A stretch of 64,000 nucleotides of DNA from Naegleria gruberi (GCA_000004985.1 GG738898.1); one strand, 5' to 3'. Positions 12,713 through 24,948 are shown, numbered from the stretch's first letter. Translations and numbers: made by a program. Notes: generated by a model from the sequence alone, not told the origin.

Positions 12713-14211
12713 TTATTTCCATTCGAAATCTCCTGTGAGTTTGTTGAAGAGGTAATCTTTGCCATCCAAGTGCATGATACCACATTTGAGAGTACACTTC
12801 CATCTATTCTTGTGACGAGTGACCTTTTCATATTGGGCAAGAATAATGTTAGGGGTATCAGGATCCTTATCATCCTCAACGTCATCATCAGATCCTAATT
12901 CTTCTTCTCCAGTGGAAGCGGCACTCTTAGATGGTTCCTCTTCTTCTTCATCTTCTTCAGAGTCATCGTCTTCATCGTCTTCGTCGTCGTCATCATTTGC
13001 ACCATCATATTGTCTAAAGTTAGGATTATTATTATTGCCTAGTCTTGCATCATTAGAATTTGGATCCAACCTTAATCTCTTGTTGGTATCCAAAGGACTA
13101 GTGTAAGCAGGTGATTCTATTGAGGAAGAACTGAATGGTGTACCATATGGATTTGGTGAGTAAGCTGGAGGTAACATTGAACCAATGGAAGGAAGAGAAT
13201 TCTGGCCAAATTGTGGAGATTGAATACTTGGGAGAGTATTTTCACGAGCTTGTGGTAAGCTAAGAGGAGATTGATTTCTTCCCAAAATTGGATTTGAACT
13301 AAAAGAGACAGGAGGCATGTAACTTTCAGGTCTTCCAAATGAAGATATGGACTAGAGGCCATGAAATCAGATTTTGGAGTTGAAAAGGATGGAGGTGGAA
13401 TATTAGGCATACCATAAGGTGATTGAATTGGAGTTACTGGTGGAGGTAATGAAATTGTGCTACTGAAAATAGAGTTTGGTGTAGATGATGATGGAGTTGT
13501 TGCAGCAGGTAGAGAAGGAAGTGAAAGACCACCTCCACTTGCCAAGATGCCACCTCCAGTACTACTCGATAAGATGCCTCCACCACTACTATTACTTGGT
13601 GTATTGTAGAGTGGATTTGTTGGTGTGGAAATGTTATGATGATGTGCAGATGAGAGTGGAGAAATTGAAGGTAAACCAGGACTAATTGAAGGCAGACTTG
13701 GCATTGCCCCACTGAGAATGCCAGAAGAAAAACCTGGAGGTGGACCCAAATTTGGATTTGAAAAGGATGGAGGTGGAATTCTTGGTTGTGGAGGCATAAA
13801 TTCACTTGGAGTTCCAGCAACAATTGGTAATGTTGGAGCATGGTTACCACCGAGGATATCTTGTGATTGATTGATTTGGGTGGATTGAGTTCCGAGCTGA
13901 GAAGATTGTGTTGGAATTGCAGTGTTACTTGAAGAAGCAGCTGCATTTTGATTTCTTGATCTGGCTGCATTTCTCGAAGCAGCAGCACCTCTATTTGAAC
14001 CTCTCGAACTAGATTGTCCAGGGGTAATATTCCAAGCAGGTACAGCTCCACTTTCTCCAATTTTGTCTCCCCAAAGTTTCTTCAATTCATTTATAACATC
14101 GGAGTTGTAACCTTCCTCAACAAATATTTCTTGAATACCGGCAGCAACTTCATCAATCAGAGAACGATAAAAGTCAGCCACTAATTTTTCGTGGTTGGAA
14201 ACAGAAGACAT
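12713..14211 (-). CDS. Transcription initiation factor TFIIA large subunit (alpha/beta)
   Basis: N-terminus: MSSVSNHEKLVADFYRSLIDEVAAGIQEIFVEEGYNSDVINELKKLWGDKI (TFIIA-L N-terminal helix). Then a long low-complexity S/T/P/G region and an acidic D/E run. The C-terminal beta-barrel has NIILAQYEKVTRHKNRWKCTLKCGIMHLDGKDYLFNKLTGDFEW. The frame is broken near 13320-13335. Confidence 0.75.
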
Positions 14212-14640
14212 GTTGGTTTTGATTCACACAATGAGTAAAATTCCGAACTAGTTGTTGTTTCACTATTGTTGTACTATGTACACTGTGATCAGAGTTGTTT
14301 CTAGCTGAATGAAAGGTTGAAACAAAGAAATTCTTGTTGTTGCTATTCTTGACAAAAACTACTACAACAGAGAGTTGATACTAAATTCTTGTTAGGTGAG
14401 AGTTTAAAGAGAGTGTAGGGACGGTTTGTGTTGGGTTCAAAAAATATTCGCAAGTTGCTACAATGCTTTTTGCGATTTTTTTTTAAATTTTGTAATTTGG
14501 CCGTGCTTTAAACATCAGCGAACATTTTAAAGGCTTTTGGGTTATAAATAGAATGAAATGAGGAGAAAAAAAAGAGAATGAAGTAAGTGAAAACGAGATT
14601 TAATATTACCTATTGGTAAGGAATAATTTGAAATAAAGGT

Positions 14641-16012
14641 TTACTTTTTCTTCTTCTTTTTGGTTGATTTGGAAGAAGATGAGGAGGTGGTCTTTGCCAT
14701 TGCATTATATTGAACTCTTGCATATTGCATTAGATCGTGTTGGAATCGTGAGAATTCCTTTGGTCCAATATCTAATTCTTCAATCAGAGATTCTTTGGAA
14801 AAGTCCTTTTCTCTTTGAAGAAGTTTCTTGATTGCAATATTGACCAATTCTTTTTGTTTGTCTCCAAATACAGACCAGTGAACCTCTGTTTGGCAGTTAT
14901 TGAACTATGTAAATAGTTATAATTGATTACTAACCTTCAATATCTTTTGGTTTGATTTTGTACAATCTTCTATTGGTGACACCTGGCCAATTTTCCTTAC
15001 TTTCAATAGAAGGATGAATTGAAGACGGTTTGCAACAAATGTATAAAACAGCTCCTTCAGTGATAAAGTGATTATACTCATATCTTACTTCCAGATTGTT
15101 CATCTTTCTATATTCCTCATTCTTAATAAAGTCGGCTACTTGTCTTGATTTACAAATTTCTGTCATCTTTTCAAATCCATTGAATTCATATTGTTGATTG
15201 GATTCAGTATTCATGACTGGTTCAATAAATCCTCCATTTAAATGTTGCATGAATAGTGGTTTGAGATCAATATCAAAATCATACAGGACCAGATGAGGTT
15301 CTTTCTTTCCGCACAATTCACACGATAGAGATTGAATTTCAGGTCTAGTAATAAATTCTTTCAAAATGGCAGGTGGATTCTTTACATCAATTGACTTTCT
15401 GTCACTACTCGATCCATACAATGCCTCTAAGGTCAATGCATAAAAATCACCATATTGAGTATCAGTTAAAGTAGGACTTCCCTTTGTTTTGGCAGAGACA
15501 AATAAATTTCCATTCTTATCATAATATTTAAAGAATAATACATTTGTTCCATTCCACCTATTTTACAATTAATTGAATAATTTAAATTCTTCTTTGAAAA
15601 TTAATCTGTATACCTACTTGTTCGAAAGTACGAAATTTGTCACTTTATCATCAGTTTTAAAACTCTCCTTGTACTTTAATCCAGACAATTGCAATTCTTC
15701 TCCTCCTTCATTATCAGCACTATTTTCTTCCTTCTCTCCATCATGAACATCCTCATCATCATCTCTCTTCTTCTTCTTCTTATCGGAATATGGGTACAAC
15801 AACTTGGGAACACCATAAATCTTTTGTAATTTATCCAATTTTTGATTATTTACATGAGTGATCACAAGAGATCCTCCGAATGGACCATCCTTCTTACAAA
15901 TAAATCCAGAAATTTGTTGTTTCGGATTCAGTGGATCTGTGATATCAAAGGCTTTGATCTGTTTGTTGGACGTATCGAAAAAATCACAAGCTTCCTTCTT
16001 GTAGTTTGTCAT
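14641..16012 (-). CDS. Hypothetical conserved protein, three exons (about 421 aa), Lys/acidic-rich with C-terminal Ser/Lys tail
   Basis: Exons are about 15618..16012 (ATG at 16012), 14935..15557 and 14641..14885. The introns are 60 nt and 49 nt, with GTAGGT/GTTAGT donors and AG acceptors. The reading frame is continuous across the splices (…FVLSNK|WNGTNVLFFKYY…KPKDIE|EVHWSVFGDKQKELVNIAIKK…KKKKKK*). I recognised no homolog. Confidence 0.5.
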
Positions 16013-16223
16013 TATTTTTTTTTGTTGGAACTGTTTTCGAAATGGCAACATTCTGAAATTGTAAAGTATTAAATGTGGATTCAATTTGGCGATTGAATTA
16101 TTCTAAAGATTAAAGTGGAAATTGATGTGCAGAAAATGACTGGATGATAGTCGTCTTTAATATCAAAAATCCATTAACCTTAATCACAGATTGACTGTTT
16201 ATCATTAGTATTTTTGGTACTTG

Positions 16224-16327
16224 ATGGCTACGGCCATATCACGATGAATGCACCTCATCCCGTCCGATTTGAGAAGTTAAGCATCGTCGAGCCACATCAG
16301 TACTGAGGTGGAGACAACTTGGGAACC
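16224..16327 (+). rRNA. 5S ribosomal RNA, copy 1 (3' end runs into 50-N gap)
   Basis: GGCTACGGCCATATCACGATGAATGCACCTCATCCCGTCCGATTTGAGAAGTTAAGCATCGTCGAGCCACATCAGTACTGAGGTGGAGACAACTTGGGAACC has the canonical 5S helices I-V, the GGCCATA start and the CCCGTCCGAT and AGTTAAGC motifs. Confidence 0.8.
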
Positions 16328-16435
16328 NNNNNNNNNNNNNNNNNNNNNNNNNNNNNNNNNNNNNNNNNNNNNNNNNNGCAGCAGATTGGCTGTTTATTGT
16401 TAGTAATTTATGATATCATTAGAATCGTTAGATAA

Positions 16436-16513
16436 CGTTTGAGAAGTTAAGCATCGTCGAACCACATCAGTACTGAGGTTGGATACAACTTGGGAACCTG
16501 TGGTGCTGTAGTA
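16436..16513 (+). rRNA. 5S rRNA, 3' two-thirds only (5'-truncated copy or repeat collapsed at the gap), followed by a T-run terminator
   Basis: Bases 16436..16513 match the copy-1 3' part and continue to the mature end GGGAACCTGTGGTGCTGTAGTA, then TTTTT. The sequence 5' of 16436 is not 5S-like. Confidence 0.6.
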
Positions 16514-16518
16514 TTTTT
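16512..16518 (+). terminator. Pol III oligo-T terminator after 5S copy
   Basis: TATTTTT follows immediately after the 5S 3' end. Confidence 0.5.
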
Positions 16519-16639
16519 GCAGATTTCATTGCACCAGATTTGTGTGGCCATACTATTGAATGCTGTTCAAATTCAACCTCACAAATGAAACTTGATAAAA
16601 CCATTGACTGTACTTTTACAGGATCCACTTCAAAAAAAC

Positions 16640-19545
16640 ATTATATTTTCTTAACAAGATTCTTGTATTATTTATTTATTTTGTTATCGGACAGTTTATT
16701 TCAAGTTGACAACTTGGAAAAGTGACAAGTTAATTTAAAAAAAAATCTTTGCAAGATGTTAAATTCTTTCCACAAGAGAGAAAGAGAATATTCTGATGAA
16801 GAGGATACAACAGTAGAAGGAAACAAGGATGACCAAGCTGATGAACCTACCAGTGGCCCAACTCACTTTTTTATGCCAGAAACCTATGAACAAGCTATTC
16901 CGAAAAAGAAAAAGCTAATGGACTATGTTAATATTGATATTGAAAACAAAGTACAATTGCCTGAAGCAGAGAGTAGGAATGCAATTGAACACTACCTCAC
17001 AACAAATGTTGGAGCATCTTACTGTAAAAAGATTGGTGAGGGAGGAGGTGGAGATGTTTATCTTGTAAAGAAGGGAAACACCATGAAAGCAGTGAAACAC
17101 ATTCGCAGTTTTAGTAATGAATATAGTAGATTTGATGAGGTATTTCAAATTGCAAAGTTAAAGCACGACCACATTATTGAAATTGATGATTATTATTTGA
17201 TTAATAATGAATTTTGCTTCGAGATGGACTATTATGAAAAGGGCTCATTGGAAACATATAAGAATAAGTTGACAGTGGGTCAACTATTTCAAATAGCATG
17301 TCAAATTTCAAGTGCTATTAAATATATTTCAGAACAGGAACTATGTCATCGAGACGTCAAAATTGCTAACATACTCGTGAAGGAAATTACTGATTCTAAT
17401 ATTTATGTAGTATTGACAGACTTTGGAGTATCTTTTAAGAAAAACTCATACAAGCCCTACCAATTCAAAACTGGAACTGAGCAATATTACGATCCAGAAA
17501 TTGAAAAATACTTTAACACCGAAAAAAGAGGTTTACTAGAGTTTCCTTTCAAAACTGAAACTGATTTGTACGCCCTAGGTGTAACACTTGAACGATTATC
17601 CAACAAAACCACTATCAATAGTACTCCTCTTTTGAAAGAAATTATTACTAGTCTTACAAATTCAACTCTCCCAACAAGAATGAAAATGATGAATGTATTG
17701 GCTGATATTTCACTTGCAACTACCATAGCATTTAAAGATCCAAAAAACAGAACGCAGTGGGATAAGTACTTGCATGCTTGTGTTATGAACCCAAATTGTT
17801 TCATATTTTGCCCTTACAACAAAAATAAGCGATTTATTTACAAAGTATTGGATATCAATCACCATATTTTCGAAATGGTTCCTGACGATTTGTTGGATGA
17901 AAATATAGTTATAAAGTCAATAAGAGATGTCAGATCAGTATTAATATTTCAAAACAGAAATAAGGCTTGCATAGATAAGTTCAAGTCTTTAATTTCACAC
18001 CTCATAGACGTTCATGTACTTAGAAATGTACAATATAATACAGGAGAGAGAATCCAGACAGAGATGGAAAAGTTAAGTGAGAGTCAGTTGGAAATATTGG
18101 TATATTATAACTCTCGTTTTTTTAAATATTTTCCGATCAAGTACACATTGAATCGAAATATTGTATTTTCATTCATCAAAAAAGTGGAAGAATGTTTCCA
18201 GCATTGTAGTTACCGAGACGATGAAGAAATAATTCAATATGTACTAGAGAAAAATCCAAAGTTTATCACTTTCATCAGTTTTGAGTTAAGATTTAAATAT
18301 GAACAACAATATGCAAAGGAAATTTTGGAAGTGGATCCGTCTTTTTATTCATCCTTAAGTGAAATTAGTTTAAAAGATAGATTATTTGCCAAACTTGCAA
18401 TGAAAGGCTGCAAGTCACAACGTGATTTTGATTCAAATTTTGATTGTCTACCTGAAGATCTTAAAACTCAAGATTTTTTTATAGAGATAATTACAGAAAA
18501 TTCCAAGACTTTCCATAATTTGAAGAACCATTTGGATCATGACTCATTGGTACAGGTAATAACACCTAGTTTATATTTTACTTTGGAAGATAGAAGAAAA
18601 ATGGATCGAGATATTCTCAGAAAAATATTATCAGAGAAGTTTTCAAGTGAAGAAATAGAAAAAATATTGAATTGTTTGAGTGAAAATTATTATCACTCAC
18701 ATTTCAAACAGGAATTGTTTGAAAATATTTCAAAAGAAAGCGTGTTAGATTTAATATTGTTGGGTGTACCACTGCCTGAGTGTGTCTACTATCAACAGAC
18801 GCAGATTTCATATTGGAAATTATTACTCGTACCAAAAAAGGGTATTTTACATCAAGTTTTTTGAAAGATTCTACAATTAATATTTCCACATTGGTTTGGA
18901 TTTTATTAAGAAATTGTGCCTTGATAAACAGGGTTTCTCTCACTTGATTCATGCCATTGAAGTTAAAGAACAAGGAAATGAATTGATGCAAAAATGTTCA
19001 GATGACATTGAATTGGTAAATCAAATAATTGAAATATCTCCTGATCTATATGAAAATCTATCATGCAATAATTTAAAAAATAATGAAATAATAATTGAAA
19101 CTTATCTGAATCATACCTACTATCCTCGATTATCCAAAGATTTAAAACTTGATGATGAATTCCAAGCAAAGCATTTAAAAAAATTAATTGATTCAGGATA
19201 CATTACAAAACCAAATAGAGAATTAGTAAGGAGTGGAATATTTAAATCAAAGGATATAGGTTTATTGCTTTATTTGGAATCCAAGGATTTAGACGACAAA
19301 GAATTTATGCTTCCAATATTAGAGAAATTTCCTCGTGCTTATTTGAGCTGTAGATCCTTATTAATAGACAAGGAAATAATCAAGATGGTCATTCGTAAAA
19401 ATGATGAAATTTATGAAGATCTCGATACTACTTTTCAAAAAGATGAGGAAATATTATCTGTCCTTAATGAACCAAAAAGTTCCATCGATTCAATAATGGC
19501 AGAAGTTAATGATAATACTTCTGAGAAATAACTTGATAAATGTAT
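16640..19545 (+). repeat. Segmental duplication unit (about 2.9 kb), copy 1; inverted partner at about 52100..54745
   Basis: Nucleotide-level homology begins about 100 bp upstream of the kinase ATG (CAAGTTGACAACTTGGAAAAGTGA…) and ends about 10 bp after the stop (AAATAACTTGATAAAT). The copies are scattered with substitutions, so they are diverged paralogs rather than an assembly duplicate. Confidence 0.85.
16756..19531 (+). CDS. Atypical Ser/Thr protein kinase with long C-terminal domain of unknown function, copy 1 (two 1-nt frame disruptions near 18800 and 18885)
   Basis: The kinase domain carries IGEGGGGDVYLVKKGNTMKAVKHI, CHRDVKIANILV, TDFGVS and YYDPE. The track splits it into 16756..18864 and 18896..19531. 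Copy 2 on the opposite strand reads through the same region, which places two -1 indels in copy 1. Confidence 0.75.
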
Positions 19546-19789
19546 CTGCTTGGTACTTTCAATCTTCGTTTCCCTCTTGTCCATTTCACTTCTGTATGTT
19601 GCTTGTTACTTTTTGAAAAAGACAAATGAAAATGACAGGTAAAGATGTTAAGTGGAATGTAAAAGAATAAGAGTTGATGAAGGAACTTGTTAAAATCAAA
19701 AAGAATCACCCACCAATCACTAAATCATAGCCTTCACACTGTAGGATGGTCAGATTGCAGAGCTGCATGAGCTAACAGTGAGTGAAATC

Positions 19790-20455
19790 TGGGATTAAAA
19801 TATTAATACTCATCTATAAAATCCTCTTCTTCATCTTCCTCTTGGATGAGATCGAAAGAATTGGTATCAAGGGATGGGAAAGATTCATCATCTTCCTCTT
19901 CTTCCTACTGTGCCCAAAATCAGCCAATTTGATAGTTCCACTCTTGGTTTCTATTAAAATATTACCTCCCTTGATGTCTCTGTGGATAATATTCTTATCA
20001 TGTATTTCAAACCAAACAGTGTTTGTCTTGTATATTGTCTTACTACACTTTCATCAAGTTTGCCAACATTTTTGAGAACGACTTCCACCATCTATCAACT
20101 GTGATTCGATCCTAAATAGTAGTAAGCAAATATGTAGATTACTGAGATAAACTGGGTAGTTTCCATCATGTTATTACAACGACAATTTTTGAATTTTTCT
20201 ACAATATTTCAATGAAAGATTCCTCACCATTGAATAGTTCATGCACAGCTCCTTAACTGCTGATGAATGATGATAATTCAGAGCTTTCAGTAATAATTTC
20301 GTTATGACCTCTTCTCCAAATAATCACATCTACAATTCATCAAGTGGTAAATCATCTACTAACTTGCTGTATTCTTGAATAATTCTAGTGTAATAAGTTG
20401 TTTCCACATCGAACTCAGCCAAGGAATCCAAAAACTTCTTATCATGTTCACTAAA
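19790..20455 (-). CDS. Protein kinase (MEKK/STE-like catalytic domain), 3' portion; upstream part lost in 4.2 kb assembly gap
   Basis: The minus strand encodes …GGS(V)[56 protein letters not shown]…. A 1-nt frame slip sits near GGS and possible short introns lie upstream. A possible 5' exon lies beyond the gap at about 24770..24890 (EIRRNYEVGDRL…). Confidence 0.5.
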
Positions 20456-23400
20456 NNNNNNNNNNNNNNNNNNNNNNNNNNNNNNNNNNNNNNNNNNNNN
20501 NNNNNNNNNNNNNNNNNNNNNNNNNNNNNNNNNNNNNNNNNNNNNNNNNNNNNNNNNNNNNNNNNNNNNNNNNNNNNNNNNNNNNNNNNNNNNNNNNNNN
20601 NNNNNNNNNNNNNNNNNNNNNNNNNNNNNNNNNNNNNNNNNNNNNNNNNNNNNNNNNNNNNNNNNNNNNNNNNNNNNNNNNNNNNNNNNNNNNNNNNNNN
20701 NNNNNNNNNNNNNNNNNNNNNNNNNNNNNNNNNNNNNNNNNNNNNNNNNNNNNNNNNNNNNNNNNNNNNNNNNNNNNNNNNNNNNNNNNNNNNNNNNNNN
20801 NNNNNNNNNNNNNNNNNNNNNNNNNNNNNNNNNNNNNNNNNNNNNNNNNNNNNNNNNNNNNNNNNNNNNNNNNNNNNNNNNNNNNNNNNNNNNNNNNNNN
20901 NNNNNNNNNNNNNNNNNNNNNNNNNNNNNNNNNNNNNNNNNNNNNNNNNNNNNNNNNNNNNNNNNNNNNNNNNNNNNNNNNNNNNNNNNNNNNNNNNNNN
21001 NNNNNNNNNNNNNNNNNNNNNNNNNNNNNNNNNNNNNNNNNNNNNNNNNNNNNNNNNNNNNNNNNNNNNNNNNNNNNNNNNNNNNNNNNNNNNNNNNNNN
21101 NNNNNNNNNNNNNNNNNNNNNNNNNNNNNNNNNNNNNNNNNNNNNNNNNNNNNNNNNNNNNNNNNNNNNNNNNNNNNNNNNNNNNNNNNNNNNNNNNNNN
21201 NNNNNNNNNNNNNNNNNNNNNNNNNNNNNNNNNNNNNNNNNNNNNNNNNNNNNNNNNNNNNNNNNNNNNNNNNNNNNNNNNNNNNNNNNNNNNNNNNNNN
21301 NNNNNNNNNNNNNNNNNNNNNNNNNNNNNNNNNNNNNNNNNNNNNNNNNNNNNNNNNNNNNNNNNNNNNNNNNNNNNNNNNNNNNNNNNNNNNNNNNNNN
21401 NNNNNNNNNNNNNNNNNNNNNNNNNNNNNNNNNNNNNNNNNNNNNNNNNNNNNNNNNNNNNNNNNNNNNNNNNNNNNNNNNNNNNNNNNNNNNNNNNNNN
21501 NNNNNNNNNNNNNNNNNNNNNNNNNNNNNNNNNNNNNNNNNNNNNNNNNNNNNNNNNNNNNNNNNNNNNNNNNNNNNNNNNNNNNNNNNNNNNNNNNNNN
21601 NNNNNNNNNNNNNNNNNNNNNNNNNNNNNNNNNNNNNNNNNNNNNNNNNNNNNNNNNNNNNNNNNNNNNNNNNNNNNNNNNNNNNNNNNNNNNNNNNNNN
21701 NNNNNNNNNNNNNNNNNNNNNNNNNNNNNNNNNNNNNNNNNNNNNNNNNNNNNNNNNNNNNNNNNNNNNNNNNNNNNNNNNNNNNNNNNNNNNNNNNNNN
21801 NNNNNNNNNNNNNNNNNNNNNNNNNNNNNNNNNNNNNNNNNNNNNNNNNNNNNNNNNNNNNNNNNNNNNNNNNNNNNNNNNNNNNNNNNNNNNNNNNNNN
21901 NNNNNNNNNNNNNNNNNNNNNNNNNNNNNNNNNNNNNNNNNNNNNNNNNNNNNNNNNNNNNNNNNNNNNNNNNNNNNNNNNNNNNNNNNNNNNNNNNNNN
22001 NNNNNNNNNNNNNNNNNNNNNNNNNNNNNNNNNNNNNNNNNNNNNNNNNNNNNNNNNNNNNNNNNNNNNNNNNNNNNNNNNNNNNNNNNNNNNNNNNNNN
22101 NNNNNNNNNNNNNNNNNNNNNNNNNNNNNNNNNNNNNNNNNNNNNNNNNNNNNNNNNNNNNNNNNNNNNNNNNNNNNNNNNNNNNNNNNNNNNNNNNNNN
22201 NNNNNNNNNNNNNNNNNNNNNNNNNNNNNNNNNNNNNNNNNNNNNNNNNNNNNNNNNNNNNNNNNNNNNNNNNNNNNNNNNNNNNNNNNNNNNNNNNNNN
22301 NNNNNNNNNNNNNNNNNNNNNNNNNNNNNNNNNNNNNNNNNNNNNNNNNNNNNNNNNNNNNNNNNNNNNNNNNNNNNNNNNNNNNNNNNNNNNNNNNNNN
22401 NNNNNNNNNNNNNNNNNNNNNNNNNNNNNNNNNNNNNNNNNNNNNNNNNNNNNNNNNNNNNNNNNNNNNNNNNNNNNNNNNNNNNNNNNNNNNNNNNNNN
22501 NNNNNNNNNNNNNNNNNNNNNNNNNNNNNNNNNNNNNNNNNNNNNNNNNNNNNNNNNNNNNNNNNNNNNNNNNNNNNNNNNNNNNNNNNNNNNNNNNNNN
22601 NNNNNNNNNNNNNNNNNNNNNNNNNNNNNNNNNNNNNNNNNNNNNNNNNNNNNNNNNNNNNNNNNNNNNNNNNNNNNNNNNNNNNNNNNNNNNNNNNNNN
22701 NNNNNNNNNNNNNNNNNNNNNNNNNNNNNNNNNNNNNNNNNNNNNNNNNNNNNNNNNNNNNNNNNNNNNNNNNNNNNNNNNNNNNNNNNNNNNNNNNNNN
22801 NNNNNNNNNNNNNNNNNNNNNNNNNNNNNNNNNNNNNNNNNNNNNNNNNNNNNNNNNNNNNNNNNNNNNNNNNNNNNNNNNNNNNNNNNNNNNNNNNNNN
22901 NNNNNNNNNNNNNNNNNNNNNNNNNNNNNNNNNNNNNNNNNNNNNNNNNNNNNNNNNNNNNNNNNNNNNNNNNNNNNNNNNNNNNNNNNNNNNNNNNNNN
23001 NNNNNNNNNNNNNNNNNNNNNNNNNNNNNNNNNNNNNNNNNNNNNNNNNNNNNNNNNNNNNNNNNNNNNNNNNNNNNNNNNNNNNNNNNNNNNNNNNNNN
23101 NNNNNNNNNNNNNNNNNNNNNNNNNNNNNNNNNNNNNNNNNNNNNNNNNNNNNNNNNNNNNNNNNNNNNNNNNNNNNNNNNNNNNNNNNNNNNNNNNNNN
23201 NNNNNNNNNNNNNNNNNNNNNNNNNNNNNNNNNNNNNNNNNNNNNNNNNNNNNNNNNNNNNNNNNNNNNNNNNNNNNNNNNNNNNNNNNNNNNNNNNNNN
23301 NNNNNNNNNNNNNNNNNNNNNNNNNNNNNNNNNNNNNNNNNNNNNNNNNNNNNNNNNNNNNNNNNNNNNNNNNNNNNNNNNNNNNNNNNNNNNNNNNNNN

Positions 23401-24688
23401 NNNNNNNNNNNNNNNNNNNNNNNNNNNNNNNNNNNNNNNNNNNNNNNNNNNNNNNNNNNNNNNNNNNNNNNNNNNNNNNNNNNNNNNNNNNNNNNNNNNN
23501 NNNNNNNNNNNNNNNNNNNNNNNNNNNNNNNNNNNNNNNNNNNNNNNNNNNNNNNNNNNNNNNNNNNNNNNNNNNNNNNNNNNNNNNNNNNNNNNNNNNN
23601 NNNNNNNNNNNNNNNNNNNNNNNNNNNNNNNNNNNNNNNNNNNNNNNNNNNNNNNNNNNNNNNNNNNNNNNNNNNNNNNNNNNNNNNNNNNNNNNNNNNN
23701 NNNNNNNNNNNNNNNNNNNNNNNNNNNNNNNNNNNNNNNNNNNNNNNNNNNNNNNNNNNNNNNNNNNNNNNNNNNNNNNNNNNNNNNNNNNNNNNNNNNN
23801 NNNNNNNNNNNNNNNNNNNNNNNNNNNNNNNNNNNNNNNNNNNNNNNNNNNNNNNNNNNNNNNNNNNNNNNNNNNNNNNNNNNNNNNNNNNNNNNNNNNN
23901 NNNNNNNNNNNNNNNNNNNNNNNNNNNNNNNNNNNNNNNNNNNNNNNNNNNNNNNNNNNNNNNNNNNNNNNNNNNNNNNNNNNNNNNNNNNNNNNNNNNN
24001 NNNNNNNNNNNNNNNNNNNNNNNNNNNNNNNNNNNNNNNNNNNNNNNNNNNNNNNNNNNNNNNNNNNNNNNNNNNNNNNNNNNNNNNNNNNNNNNNNNNN
24101 NNNNNNNNNNNNNNNNNNNNNNNNNNNNNNNNNNNNNNNNNNNNNNNNNNNNNNNNNNNNNNNNNNNNNNNNNNNNNNNNNNNNNNNNNNNNNNNNNNNN
24201 NNNNNNNNNNNNNNNNNNNNNNNNNNNNNNNNNNNNNNNNNNNNNNNNNNNNNNNNNNNNNNNNNNNNNNNNNNNNNNNNNNNNNNNNNNNNNNNNNNNN
24301 NNNNNNNNNNNNNNNNNNNNNNNNNNNNNNNNNNNNNNNNNNNNNNNNNNNNNNNNNNNNNNNNNNNNNNNNNNNNNNNNNNNNNNNNNNNNNNNNNNNN
24401 NNNNNNNNNNNNNNNNNNNNNNNNNNNNNNNNNNNNNNNNNNNNNNNNNNNNNNNNNNNNNNNNNNNNNNNNNNNNNNNNNNNNNNNNNNNNNNNNNNNN
24501 NNNNNNNNNNNNNNNNNNNNNNNNNNNNNNNNNNNNNNNNNNNNNNNNNNNNNNNNNNNNNNNNNNNNNNNNNNNNNNNNNNNNNNNNNNNNNNNNNNNN
24601 NNNNNNNNNNNNNNNNNNNNNNNNNNNNNNNNNNNNNNNNNNNNNNNNNNNNNNNNNNNNNNNNNNNNNNNNNNNNNNNNNNNNNNNN
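20456..24688. other. Assembly gap (4233 N). Smaller 50-N gaps lie at 16328..16377, 38531..38580 and 54345..54394. There is a single ambiguous base at 28277.
   Basis: Runs of n in the sequence. Confidence 1.
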
Positions 24689-24948
24689 TGCAGACGATGA
24701 TAGTTACGAGAATTGTGAATGACAGCAGATTCAAATCGAGCCATCAAAACTTGAATTCTATTCTACAACCTCATTGGAAGAGTAATGACGAAGTGTTTTG
24801 GCTGAGACAAAACTTAAGACATCTCCATCGGATAGTCTATCGCCAACTTCATAGTTACGTCTAATCTCCTTGATAGTAGTTAGAACCCATGCCTTTTTAC
24901 CTCATGAAGTTTTAATCTGCTAAATTAACTTTTCAAATTCTTAGCTCA

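Noticed and set aside
13434-14060. 208-aa minus-strand ORF and the poly-Ser ORF 12819..13106 (+) overlapping the TFIIA gene
   Set aside because: These are alternative-frame or antisense readings of the low-complexity and acidic regions of TFIIA. No independent support.
16540-16725. 61-aa ORF between the 5S genes and kinase copy 1
   Set aside because: It lies in the promoter or 5' flank shared by both kinase paralogs. There is no conservation as protein, because the same stretch in copy 2 reads differently.
20359-24747. Three very long ORFs (1427-1462 aa) made almost entirely of X
   Set aside because: They are translations of the 4233-N assembly gap. They are not genes.
24886-24902. 17-nt exact match GGTAAAAAGGCATGGGT shared (inverted) between 24886..24902 and 49767..49783
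   Set aside because: A single 17-mer hit in 64 kb of AT-biased sequence is within chance expectation. No extended similarity on either side.
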